DNA from: Macrostomum lignano | Lineage: Eukaryota | Direction: 5' to 3' | DNA length: 64,000 bases | NCBI GenBank assembly: GCA_002269645.1 | Contig: NIVC01000359.1 | Location: 186,001-250,000 of the forward strand | Part shown: one piece after another, positions 39,401 to 52,000 of the stretch | How positions within the stretch are numbered: position 1 is the first letter of the stretch | Layout of the letters: each line of letters starts with the position of its first letter | Notes under the pieces: model-generated | The model's database searches: none | What the model was told of the DNA's origin: nothing | The model's input: the letters and a program-made list of their open reading frames with translations, nothing else | Program-made: the position numbers and the translations under genes

Positions 39401-42188
39401 AATCCGAGGGGTAATAAAGTCTCGAAATTGCAAGGTGGATTGATCTGCTTTTCGGAGGCACTGTAGCGTCCGTAATGTGAGGCTGTGCCCATCCTCCGTA
39501 CAGGTGACAATTGAAAAATTGTTGCGCCCTGATTGTGTGCGAGAGGTTTGACTACCACTGGCATGTAATCTATCACAGCTGCTTAGTGTGTCAACGGGCT
39601 GAATGATTCTATCGTCATATTTGACGCTTAGAAGCATGAGTCAGCCAACCATATTGTTTGGCACAGCTGGGTGTCTAGACGGAGACTGTGGCATGGTTCC
39701 AAATAGCTCTAACTGGCCCAGTATGCAAAGCAGCTTTCCTATTAAGATAGACGCTAATCCGATTTTTGTCGGTGCATGCTCCATTGGTTTGTCTAAGGCG
39801 TTTGCAGTTGCACCAGCCGAGAGCAGATCAAGTCAAGAGAGTAGTCGTTACAGACCATGTCGGTAATCTTGTCGAGATTTAATAAATCCTCGAACAAGTC
39901 AAGGGAGTAGTCGTTACAGACCATGAGTGTCGGCAATCTTGTCAGCCACTTTTTCCGGAGGGTGTCACTGCTTCGAACGACGCAGTTGATGACGCCGTTG
40001 GACGATCGTCCATCGCACTAGCGACATCTGCAACGCCAAGTCGGTTGGATATTACCGTTGGCGCACGGGATTGCGAAAACAATCAGGTAAGAGTTTCCAG
40101 CGTAGTCGGCATTTCGTGGACGCAACGAAGCCAGCGCCGAGCGAGCCGGCGCACCAGATGATACACAATTCACTTTGTCTCCGGTCTACGAGCAGCCGAT
40201 CAACGAAAGCCAGTTGATTCCGGACGACGACTATGCTACGAATGACAATTCTATCGATGTATGTTCTATCACCTGTATGTACATTGCTGTTTCTTTATAA
40301 CTGTGTATATTTTGGGGAAACTGCCTTCCATCGCCATTTAATTTAACTTTAATATTGCAGAGTCGTTCCATTGCGCAGGCATATAATGCAAGCCCCCGTC
40401 AGTGGTCTCATTAATCGCCTTCCACGCGCGCGACCCGATCTTTCAAACGTCTGGCTCACGCATCGACTGCCATCAGAGTGGCGTCCGAGTACAGCAGGTC
40501 CGACCTGCGACTCAGCACCAGCTCGCAGCAGATCACCAATTCAGTAGTATCAATTAGTAGCCACAGTATAAGTAGGTCTACTTATAACTCGACTGTCGAA
40601 ACTCATACGTATGCCACGCTGTTCTCCAGAAGTTTTCGTTCCTGTTGAGCTTGTTCCTGTTCCTTGTTTAGTTTGTATAAGGCGCTTACAAAGTACAACC
40701 CGCTGTTAAATATAGAGATGCTACTCATAAAATCTTGAAACACCAACTTCTTATATGCATCTTTACTGCAAAATTTGATGTCAATGCCTTCCGGCTTCTT
40801 TCGCATGGATTACCCGACTGTTACCTGGTCAGCGAATCCTGTTTGCCAGACAGGATAACAAACAAGATAACAAACAGGATAACACGATGTTTCCCTGCAG
40901 GATTCGCATGAATTACCCGACTGTTACCTGGTCAGCGAATCCTGTTTGCCAGACAGGATAACAAACAATATAACAAACAGGATAACACGATATTTCCCTG
41001 CAGGATTCGCACGAATTACCCGACTGTTACCTGGTCAGCGAATCCTGTTTGCCAGACAGGATAACAAACAAGATAACAAACAGGATAACACGATGTTTCC
41101 CTGCAGGATTCGCATGAATTACCCGACTGTTACCTGGTCAGCGAATCCTGTTTGAATCTTGTTTGAAACAAGGAAACGTAAGATTTCGTCACGCAAACAA
41201 GATTCATACAAGATAACATTTTGCATAACCGGAATAGGGCATGTTATCTTGTTTGAGCGAATGTTATCTTGTGGTGTTATCTGGTTTATTTACCAGAGGG
41301 TCTGCTACCACACAATCTACCAATCAGTCTGCTACCACACAATCTACCAATCACTCAACTACCACACAATCTACCAATCACTCAACTACCACAAAATCTA
41401 CCAATCACTCAACTACCACACAATCTACCAATCAGTCTGCTACCACACAATCTACCAATCAGTCTGCTACCACACAATCTACCAATCACTCAGCTACCAC
41501 ACAATCTACCAATCACTCAACTACCACAAAATCTACCAATCACTCAACTACCACACAATCTACCAATCAGTCTGCTACCACACAATCTACCAATCACTCA
41601 ACTACCACAAAATCTACCAATCACTCAACTACCACAAAATCTACCAATCACTCAACTACCACACAATCTACCAATCACTCAACTACCACACAATCTACCA
41701 ATCACTCAACTACCACGCAATCTACCAATCACTCAACTACCACACAATCTACCAATCACTCAACTACCACACAATCTATTAATCACTTAACTACCACACA
41801 ATCTACCAGTGTTCCAAACAGGCCACAAGACCGGGCCCACCTGCGGAGGAAACATCCAAGCAACGCTGGCCTCCACCCCGGCCAGCCTGTCCACACCGGA
41901 CTGGTGTTCATTCGACGGCGGCTGCATCAGCATAGCTCTGAGATCCGGCGACAGAACGCGGCTGATGTCGCTGGCGCTTTGAGCACGACGATGAGTCGTA
42001 GCGCCGAGTCCGGCGCTTCCACTGGCACCGCCGCCGCTATAGTCGATATTGACATCTGGCACGCTGGCGGACAGACTGATCTGCGTCATCTTCATCTGCC
42101 GCCCAGCTGCTGCGGTGTCTTCAGCTGAGCGGTTGTCGACTGGCAACACGGCCGGCTCAAAAGCTGTTGCTGATTTCCGCTTGTCCAT
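33438..42188 (-). CDS. Cation diffusion facilitator of the Mn-CDF / plant MTP8-11-like group, ~513 aa, 4 exons
   Basis: Exons 42188-41841, 36220-36077, 34819-34339, 34006-33438 (GT-AG, phases 0,0,1; 1542 nt). VRKFYKQQ, DSLID (TM2), YPQGKTRLEP, DHRND (TM5), EAHDIGESLQ, VERAFVHVDYE. Confidence 0.92.
34056..34230. repeat. ~22-bp minisatellite (CDF intron 3)
   Basis: Unit gaccatctaccatgagacacac(g). Confidence 0.9.
34847..35997. repeat. 23-bp minisatellite, ~50 copies (CDF intron 2)
   Basis: Unit ggctgattgtcagggcggattca fills almost the whole intron. Confidence 0.97.
36268..37197. repeat. 27-bp minisatellite, left half (CDF intron 1)
   Basis: Unit ctaccacacaatctaccaatca(gtctg/ctcaa); continues at 41301-41808 after the inserted element. 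Confidence 0.96.
37198..41300. mobile_element. 4.1-kb non-autonomous DNA transposon, CACTA/EnSpm(CMC)-like, with subterminal repeat arrays
   Basis: Perfect 37-bp TIRs CCCTCTGGTAAATAAACCAGATAACACCACAAGATAA at 37198-37234 and 41264-41300; 2-bp TSD TC; 114-bp repeats (~37305-37905), 58-bp repeats (~38620-38890), 103-bp repeats (~40805-41160). Superfamily inferred from CCC termini, the 2-bp TSD and the subterminal repeats. Confidence 0.8.
41301..41808. repeat. 27-bp minisatellite, right half (CDF intron 1)
   Basis: Same unit and orientation as 36268-37197. Confidence 0.96.
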
Positions 42189-42744
42189 TTTAAATGGATT
42201 TATGAGCGCAGATAATTATGAATAATTGCGATAATTGTACTGAAAAATGAGGCGAATGTGAAAGTTTCAGCTGTAAAGATTAAAAAGAAAAAAATTATTA
42301 ATTTCTAATTATCAATTCGAAACTAATTACTCGACGAAAATTGCCAAACTTAAGAAATCAACTAAGTTAACAAAAATCTACGCACGCGTATGAAATATAT
42401 TAATAGCAGTAGAACCAATTGAACATAGTTTGCTTTTTGCTTTACTAAATTCCAAAATGCATCCGGCAAGACCAGAAAAAGCATATTTTGTAGCAAAAAG
42501 AAGCGAAAAAAAAGATAAAAAACCTTTGTCGTCGAGATAGCTGGAAAATATCGTCATACTACTGCTAAGTAGCACCAATGCCGACTGATAATGAAAATAA
42601 ATCATGTAAATGATAAGTAAATCATGCATACTAATTAAAACTAGACTTGTTTTTTAATGCGTACGAACAATGAATGCAATTCTAGCATATTAGAAAGTAG
42701 GCATTCAGATTCAAGTTGCAAATCTGGGGTTAAGGTAGTGAGTT

Positions 42745-43520
42745 GACTGCTCAGACTGATGAGGCAGTTGAGAATGCAGCAGCTCAATCAGCTGACTGCT
42801 CAGAATGATGAGGCAGTTGAGAATGCAGCAGCTCAATCATGACTGCTCAGACTGATGAGGCAGTTGAGAATGCAGCAGCTCAATCATGACTGCTCAGACT
42901 GATGAGGCAGTTGAGAATGCAGCAGCTCAATCAGCTGACTGCTCAGACTGATGAGGCAGTTGAGAATGCAGCAGCTCAATCAGCTGACTGCTCAGACTGA
43001 TGAGGCAGTTGAGAATGCAGCAGCTCAATCAGCTGACTGCTCAGACTGATGAGGCAGTTGAGAATGCAGGAGCTCAATCAGCTGACTGCTCAGACTGATG
43101 AGGCAGTTGAGAATGCAGCAGCTCAATCAGCTGACTGCTCAGACTGATGAGGCAGTTGAGAATGCAGCAGCTCAATCAGCTGACTGCTCAGAATGATGAG
43201 GCAGTTGAGAACGCAGGAGCTCAATCAGCTGACTGCTCAGACTGATGAGGCAGTTGAGAACGCAGGAGCTCAATCAGCTGACTGCTCAGACTGATGAGGC
43301 AGTTGAGAACACAGGAGCCCAATCAGCTGACTGCTCAGACTGATGAGGCAGTTGAGAACGCAGGAGCCCAATCAGCTGACTGCTCAGACTGATGAGGCAG
43401 TTGAGAACACAGGAGCTCAATCAGCTGACTGCTCAGACTGATGAGGCAGTTGAGAATGCAGCAGCTCAATCAGCTGACTGCTCAGACTGATGAGGCAGTT
43501 GAGAACGCACGAGCTCAATC
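42745..43520. repeat. 49-bp tandem repeat (~16 copies)
   Basis: Unit gactgctcagactgatgaggcagttgagaatgcagcagctcaatcagct. Confidence 0.96.
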
Positions 43521-43825
43521 GCAGGGGCGGTGGAGTCGTATCTGAGACGTGCTGGAGTCGCTGTAGACTCACTGAGTTGCGTCTGAAGTGCACCTGCGTC
43601 ACTTTATGAATTCGAATCATATTTCGAACTGATAACAACTCCATTTAGTCTACTTGAGTGACTCAAAAGTCGCCTCTCCATCGCATTACTGTCGCTTGAG
43701 TCGTTAAAAAGTCACAAGAGTCACTAGTGAGCTGTTTGCAGTGACTATTTAGCGTTTCTTGTCACGGTAACGTTTTCAACAGGATAGAACAAACTCCTAG
43801 AATCGTACTAGAATCTGCGCCTGTC

Positions 43826-46002
43826 TTAGTCATCATCATCCTCAATGGTGGCCTCCAGCTCCAGGTCGGGCTCCGGGCAGATCACAAACTGAGCACCGCC
43901 GCTGCCGCTCCGAGCAGCAGCAGCCGACCTCGCCGAGGCGGCCAGCCCGGAGCGGAGGCATGCAGGGGTGTAGAAGGCATCCACTCCGGTCCTGGCCGCG
44001 GCGGCGGTGGCCCAAGTGGCGGCTGGCGGCAACTTGTGCGGCTTTCGAATCGGTAGAAACCGGTTGGGTGCGCGGTTCGAACCGACCAGGCGGCAGACGA
44101 GAGACCGGCTGGCCAGAGAGATGGCCTGCGGCTTCGCGTCCGACTCGGTGGTCCAGGCGGCCGAGAGCCGGTCGGCCAGGCTGAAGTCGTCCGACATTCT
44201 GGCTAAGGGTTCAACAGCCTCGCTGGAGAAGTGCACTGCAGCGTTGGCCTGGAAGAGATCAATAACCGGGACAATGAGAGGAAGGCTGGTTAGTTAATTT
44301 GCAGGGGCTTCGGGAACTGCCGCAAATCAAAAGCCGCTGTATCCTGTGGCTAGACCCCGGTCCCTATGCCAGAAGCTGCTGTATACCTGTGGCTAGACCC
44401 CGGTCCCTATGCCAGAAGCTGCTGTATACCTGTGGCTAGACCCCGGTCCCTATGCCAGAAGCTGCTGTATACCTGTGGCTAGACCCCGGTCCCTATGCCA
44501 GAAGCTGCTGTATACCTGTGGCTAGACCCCGGTCCCTAGGCCAAGAGCCGCTATAATAGCAAGACCCCTGACTTCCTAATCGATTAAAACACGGTCCTCA
44601 CCTGAACAAAGGAGAGCAGCAGGTCAACGGGTAGGCTGCAGCGCTCGGACACAACTTCAGGTTCATCAACGAGAGGCGCAAGGCCGCTGCCTAGTGCCGT
44701 CTCGACTCGTTTAGCGTGCAGCAGTTTGCCGACAGCGTGGAACAGCTGATAGGGCGTGTCTCTGAACAGCACCGATTTGGCCACGCTGCCTGCACTACTG
44801 CCAGCAGTGCATAGCGCGAATTGCAGGCTAAACTGCAGTCCGGATACGGCGGCTCGAATGTCACCGTCGGCAGCGGCGGCCACGGATTCGATTAGCGACT
44901 TGTAGGAGGCTGGGCGAAGGTGGCGCTTAGTCAGGATGGCGTTTAGACTGCGGATTAGCTGGGTGCGAGCCACCGGATTGACCTGGGGATTACAGCGGGT
45001 CGAGACTTTAAGACGAGACTTCAGATCTGACACATTCCATACTTAGGACGAGACTTCAGATCCGACACATTCCATACTCAATATGAGACTTCAGATCTGA
45101 CACATCCCATACTCAGAATGAGACTTCAGATCTGACACATCCCATACTGAAGACGAGACTTCAGATCTGACACATCCCATACTCAAGGTGGGACTTCAGA
45201 TCTGACACATCCCATACTCAAGGTGAGACTTCAGATCTGACACATCCCATACTCAAAGTGAGACTTCAGATCTGACACATCCCATACTCAAGGTGAGACT
45301 TCAGATCTGACACATCCCATACTCAAGGTGAGACTTCAGATCTGACACATCCCATACTCAAAGTGAGACTTCAGATCTGACACATCCCATACTCAAGGTG
45401 AGACTTCAGATCTGACACATCCCATACTCAAAGTGAGACTTCAGATCTGACACATCCCATACTCAAGGTGAGACTTCAGATCTGACACATCCCATACTCA
45501 AAGTGAGACTTCAGATCTGACACATCCCATACTCAAGGTGAGACTTCAGATCTGACACATCCCATACTCGAGACTTCAAATCTAACAAATAAAATACTCA
45601 GAAGCCACAACCTGCACTAAGGTCGCATTATTGTCCTCCAGCCAGTCCCTGGGCAACAGGCGGTCATTGCAGCTGATCAGTACCAGGCACACATCGAGGC
45701 ATCTGGCCAGAAACTCGTCTAGCAGAGCCCGCAAAGCTGCAGTGTCGCCAGACGATGAGCCAAACTTCAGCTGTTGCTGCTGCTGGTCGGCAAATGAAAG
45801 TGACAGGGTCGGCTCGTCCCACACGATGACGCGGGCTTGGCGGAATCTGGCCAGGCGAATCAGGGCCTAGGATGGGGTGATAGCATAGATGATGAGATAA
45901 TAGAGAGAGATTAGAGATACAGGTATAATAGATGGAAATTAGAGAAGGGAGAATATTAGAGGGAGATTAGAGATAGGGGGATAATAGAGGGAGATTAGAA
46001 AT

Positions 46003-46036
<34 letters not shown>

Positions 46037-46633
46037 AGATAAGAGGCTATTACAGGGAGAGAAGAGATAACAGGAGAATAATCCACACGGACACTGACAG
46101 CAACACCCACGCCGGCTAGAAACGCCTCAGCACTGATTATACGAGGCCTGTGCTCCTCTCACCTGCATGGCCTCGGCCGGGCCGTTAGCGCAGGCGTCCA
46201 GCTCCTCATCCAGGTAAGCCGAGCCCAGCCGCAGGCGGTCGCACAGCAGCCGCACAGCAACGGACTTGCCCGCTCCGCACGGGCCGTGCACGAAGACCAG
46301 CCGAGGCCTGCAGCTCAGACAGGCCTCCAATTCTAGCAATTTTTTCTTGTGCAAGCAGAGCTCCTCTGTGCTAGCCGGTCCGTACCTGTCAGTCCATAAC
46401 TGGCTTCGCTCTTCGGACGCTCTGTCCGCCGCCTGCCTGCCGAGATCGTCGTCAGGGCAGAGCCACAGCCGGCGGGCCGGCGTAGCAGCCGATGGCGGCG
46501 CCTGCTCGGAGCGCTGGCGGGAGATGGCGAGGTTGCCGCCGCCGCTCCTGAAGGTGTCAAAAGCGGAGCAACTGGCGGACGGTGGCAGCTCCAGCCGCAG
46601 GCGCGGTCGCTTTGGCGCAGACGAAGAGGACAT
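43826..46633 (-). CDS. RAD17: Cell-cycle checkpoint clamp loader RAD17/Rad24, ~509 aa, 4 exons
   Basis: Exons 46633-46163, 45866-45612, 44982-44602, 44248-43826 (all phase 0, 1530 nt). LWTDRYGPASTEELCLHKKK, Walker A GPCGAGKS, VNPVART, GDIRAAVSGLQF, LFHAVGKLLHAKR. Confidence 0.9.
44335..44540. repeat. 43-bp minisatellite (RAD17 intron 3)
   Basis: Unit ctgtggctagaccccggtccctatgccagaagctgctgtatac, about 4.5 copies. Confidence 0.93.
45010..45580. repeat. 35-bp minisatellite (RAD17 intron 2)
   Basis: Unit gagacttcagatctgacacatcccatactcaaggt, about 16 copies. Confidence 0.95.
45890..46075. repeat. GA-rich low-complexity tract with (GA)n (RAD17 intron 1)
   Basis: Directly visible. Confidence 0.85.
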
Positions 46634-47589
46634 GCTGGTCGAATAGTTAATATTATTATTTTTACTATAGATCTAATTGATTAATCGCTTCACGATGGCA
46701 TCTGTAACAGGGTATTGAAATTAATGGACAAGATGTAATTTTTACGTTACCTGCTAATTGGTTCAGCAATAATGTACATTAGCCAGTCCACTGAAATGTA
46801 CATGGCAGCTTTAGGCTGGAATTCCGAGAAAGGCAATAAAAATTGGGGCGGGGCGGGGAAAGTGTTGGAAAGGTGCGGTTGGAGGGTTTAAGACTAAATA
46901 AATGAGCCATGGCTTTAAAAGTACATTAAAATGCTTCTGTTTAACTTGCTACTGAACTGGAAGTAGTTTACACGCTAATGTGCTGAGTGGCCCATCTAGT
47001 TATTCTAGTAGTATCTGTGAATATAATTTCATAATTGCGTATAAAGTAAAATAATAAGGGAGCCGTAGCCTAGTGCTCTAGCTCAATTCCAAGTGCAGTC
47101 GCATAAATTTGGGGCTGAATTGGAATCTCGGCTTGGCTCTGCTCGTGCAATTAACGGCCTTGAGGACCAACCCCCAAGGCACAGTGAAGTGTACATGCCT
47201 AACGATAAATAAAGTTAGGGCTGCTGTACACTCCTGTGTGTGTGCCTGTGCGTATGACTGCGTACGTGACAATGTCGCTAAAAGTTCCCACTGCCTCTAA
47301 TACAAAGTAAAATAAGAGAAAAATTACCGGAAAAAATAGCTGCACATTATATTGTTTGAAAAAATTACATAACCACTACGGGACGGATTATGAAACAGAT
47401 AAAAGATAAAAATCACAGCAAATGTGAAATCGCGTTTACACAGACACAGTGTAATCATATATCGTTAGAATTAATTTTCAATATAAAAAACTTATACATA
47501 CTCGTTATAGAATAGAGATAGACAAATGTGAAGTAAAGAAGGGATATTAAAAAATGTGAAAAAAAGTTTAGGAAACTTTAACATAGGTC

Positions 47590-48750
47590 GATGAAAACGG
47601 TACCTACGCCAAGAAGCGTCATTGAGTCACTTGCGTCGCCCCAGAGTCGTTGGAAGTAACACAGGTAAAATAGGAAAGAAGTGACTCCAGATGACTCTTT
47701 AAAACAACGAGACGTCACGGTACAAGTCGCTAAAGAGTCGCCTAAGAGTCAATATGAGACGTTTTATTGTCTGCGACTCTGGGGCCGTAGAGTTATATCC
47801 GAGGCGTGTTGGAGTCGCTGTGGAATCACTGAGTCGCGTTTTCAACTTACGAATTGAAAAAAACAACTCTATTCGTCTACCGTGAAGTGACACATTTTGG
47901 CTCTAGAAAGTTCCCATTGGAATGTATTTTAACCAACGAATGCGCTCCAACTAGCAAAAGCTGAGGACACGACCCCAACCTCAACCAATGAAAAACAGTT
48001 ATGTACCATCCAATGCGATTAAGACTGAAAAGTACTATAAAAGCTCATGTTAACCAACCAAGAAGCTCGCGCCTCCCTGGCCTCGCCTCTCTTTCGCCTC
48101 TCTTCTCCCTTCTCGCTATTCTAACTACTTTTGATTGACACTGCCAGGGTCTCGACCCAAACACTAAAACTGATAAATTGACTCACTAAAACTAAAACAA
48201 CAACCAACCCACGTTCCACAATAGACTGAACCTTCGGTTCCCCGAACACTTAGAAACCCCTTGGAACTCGAACAAAACGAGCTTCTTATTTGGAATTCCA
48301 TCTTAGACCTTATATTTTTTAAGATAACATCTCGAGATTGTGACCATCAAATACAACGGTCTGTAAGTTACCATCAAGTGTTTGCATCATCAGGAAAAGT
48401 CAGTTGAATCCGCCGCCTCAGTTATTTGGCTCTCACATTGATATTTGAAGTAGAAAAAGAGCCATAGAAGTGAGAGACCAGAAGAAGAACAATAACCCAC
48501 ATATTTTAAAATATTTCGCCTAGAAAGTTAATTGCTAACACAAAAACTTCTGGACGACTATTTTAACGATTTTACAACTCACGTGATACGCTTGTGACTC
48601 AACAGTCGCCTCTCCATCGCATCACAGTCGTTTGAGTTGTTAAAAAATCCGAAGAGTTGCCCTAAAGTCGCTAGAGTTCACTGATGAGTTGTTTAAAATG
48701 ACTCTTTAAACAGATTTTTAGCGATTCTTGTCACGGTAACGTTTTCAGCT
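47590..48750. repeat. GAGTC/GACTC-rich dispersed repeat, related to 43520-43790, with a ~500-bp internal segment
   Basis: gagtcgctgt..cactgagt occurs at ~43555 and ~47815; agtcgcctctccatcgcat...cttgtcacggtaacgttttca occurs at ~43670-43780 and ~48600-48748. Confidence 0.6.
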
Positions 48751-49021
48751 GGTACGTTTTAGCCAACGACAGACGTTATATACAGTGTGTTTTTCACATC
48801 GATCCATGCGAAAGGCGGTTCGAAAAACTATCTGACGCCTGGCGAACTATAGGGACGGGAACTCGGAATAGACGAGAGCCTTCCAAGTAAAGTATAAATA
48901 AGCGACCTTGACGCGTTAGCAAAATACAAATTCATAGACCATGAACCCAGACTGCACAAATATATGCTTGTTAGGCAATAAATAAGATGAAAATGACGCA
49001 GCTAAAATAATAGGTGAAGCA

Positions 49022-52000
49022 CTAGAATCCGCTCTGGTCGTCTTCTGAGTCCCATTCGCAGTGCTCGACTGTGCCCGCATCGGCGCTGAAGTCCACCTCC
49101 TTGTCGTAGATGTAGCCAGGGTCACCCGGTTTCAACTGGTGCTTCTCGAATTGTTCCTGCAAAATTGCCCAGGAAGGCAAGGCACAGATATTGGACCAAT
49201 ACGATAAGAGGAGGGCGTGTGCTCAGCTGTACTTGACTTTAGAATGGCACAGAGGTGCTTAATTGGAAAAGGCCCAGCCTTTAATTATTCCAATAGCTGA
49301 ATCAACACGATAGGAAAACATAACTAATCCAAATTCAAAGGATTGAAATGAAATTATTAAATATGCCTATTTTAAAGTGCAAGTGATGGGAAGAAACCGC
49401 AAAACATCCCAATGATAGGATGGGAAAACTGCAAAATATTCCAATGATGGGATGGGAAGAAGCCGCAAATATCCCAATGACGATGGGAAGAAAGCGCAAA
49501 ATATCCAAATGATGATGGGAAGAAACCGACAAAAAAACCCAATTATGAAGACCCAGTTGCCGCACCTGCATGGCAGCCTTCTTCCTCTGCAGTGTCTCCT
49601 CGTCAACTTTGTTAAGATCCTCTAGCGGATCGATTTGCTCCATCTGGCGCTGTTTATCCAGACTCTGCTCTTTGCTGAGGCCGTTCACTGTCACATCGCG
49701 CAGGATGGACAGCAGGCGTTCGAGCTGCAGCTGGCTGAGCTGACAGATGAGATCGCCGTGTCGCTTGTCCTACAGAGACAATTTAGATTTGTTAATTGTA
49801 ACCAAATATTGTTTGCTGACTTTTTAAAAGATTGCATGAAAAGTTAGTATATTCTTTGATAATTAAGTTCGCCTGCTAATTTTAATATCGAAGTAAGCGC
49901 CAGTGTGCATTCGGTCAAGTACGTCGTTAAATATCTACTAAAGAGCGGCGACATGGCGACTCACGAATTAAGAAGAAACTCACGCGCAGCGTAACTGCAA
50001 AATGCGTTTCCTTTTTTTCAAATATGATTGTACTGGAACAATTTTGTGTGAAACAAAAAACGTTTGTTCCTATTTTTTCGTTCATTTGTGCTAAGCAATT
50101 TTTTATTTTGCTTTTTTCACCTTAAAAAAGCCTATAGTTTTTTTGAAAGACTATTCGTTTGCAACAATAAAAAACAACTAAAGCTTTAAAAAACTTACAA
50201 GTCTGTACTTAATTTTTTTTAATCTAAAGCTGAACAACAAAAAACTAAATTCTATATGCAAATGCTGCTGCTTCACGTGAAAGGTCCTACTGGCTATGAA
50301 GCATTGCTTACTACAGACGGTGTTTTTTACACATTTAAGGCTGCTTGCCAAGCCCAAGGTCTGCTTCGGCATGAAAACCACTGGCAGTTCTGCCTGAAGT
50401 AGGCCGCTCTGTCACGTATGCCGAATGTGTTGCGTCATCTTATTTGTGTCATTTGGGGTGACCTGCACGATGGTCAGAAACTTTGACGCGAGTTTGCAGA
50501 CGACTTGTGCAAGGACCTCCGTTTCCCCCAGATTTCAGCATCGAGGAGATAGAAGACCTCGCGGTTCGTGAGCTCCAAGTGCTGTCAACTTCTATGAGTG
50601 ATCGCACTTTGAGCGACTATGACCTGCCGGAAGCCTTTTCTCTGCCCCAGCTTGCGCCGCTGCAATTTAATGCAACCGAACAGGCAGAAATTGTTAATGA
50701 TCGCGCTTCATTGCTTAAATGACGTCAGAAGTGACTACGGCGGATTGCACTTCGTAGATGCTCCTGCTACTGGAAAAAACTTTATTATTGGAGGTACTAC
50801 TGGCTTTTGTTCGCAGTCGCGGTGAAGTCGCTCACGTCATAGCTTTCTCGGATATTGTTTCCACCCTGTTGCCTAGCGGGCAGACTGCGCACTCAACGCG
50901 AGTTATTTTCATTTCATTATTACGTTTACTATATTATTTTGTTATTACAAAAGAAATAAAACTGCTTCATTTTTAAGCAGCTGCATTTCTAAATTACGTC
51001 GCAATATATTTAGTTTTTGTTTTATGAAACTTGCTTTCTATTTCCATTCTTCTAAGCAAAAAAGTAATACATTCAATAAATAAATAAAAATTGTTTGCTC
51101 AGGTTCAAAGCCCGGTTTAGAGATAGATGCACACGGACACTCTGACGTCTGTTCCGTGCGAGTGCAGTCCAGGCAAGCTGCACATCTCGTCAAACCCGTT
51201 TGATTGTATGGGACGAAGTATCTACATTATCACTATCACGGACCGAAGAGACCTGGAAGCCGTTGATCAGAGTCTACGGGATATCCGAGAGCATCAATCC
51301 CTCTTCGACTTCCGCCAGGTTTTGCTGGTGGTGCAGCATAGGACACGGGCAAACAGCGTGATGGCGTGCGCTAACCCTAACCCGTCGAAAAAAACATTCC
51401 GCAAGCTGGAGGCCCGGACGCAGAACTGCGTCAGCAATACGCAAAGTTTATTCTTCTGATTGGTTTTCTTTTTTTCTCTTAAGATGATTTGCGGGAATGT
51501 GCCGTAATAGCTGGATTTCGTTTTTTTGCAGTCTTTAGGCGCCTGTCGAACAAAATTTACAAAAAGTGGTTAAATCACATTAATACTTTTTGCGACATAA
51601 CTAAACAAACTTAAAACTTAAAAAACTTTAATATCAACTATCTTTGGTAGCACCGAGTTTTCGTAATAAATTTCAGGTTGGTTCAGGTTGCACCCCTGAA
51701 GACAGTACTGGCTACATAGCCCTATCATCAGACATCATTCTACCATCAGATAACTCGACGGAACATCTTATTTGAGCCGTGTGCCAGTCTTTTAACCAGC
51801 CCTAGGAGAGGAATGCCTACTTTGCCACTCGGGCTATACTGGCTCCTTACAACTAAATTGTCAACAAAATCAACGGTGATTGTCTGGCGCTTCCAGGAGT
51901 GGCCCGGGAGTACCGGTCCGCAGACAGTTCGTCAAGCGAAAACGAAGCCACGCGCGCGGTTTCTCCCGGAAGTTTTAAACAGCCTGGAAGTGCCGAACTT

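Noticed and set aside
41159-42128. Mucin-like T/S/N/Q-rich 295-aa ORF and overlapping ORFs
   Set aside because: Same minisatellite plus the antisense strand of CDF exon 1.
45010-45035. Idea that the 35-bp repeat supplies the RAD17 exon 3 acceptor (GTGTCAG)
   Set aside because: That site is phase 1; the phase-0 CCCCAG acceptor at 44983 fits the upstream donor and the protein alignment.
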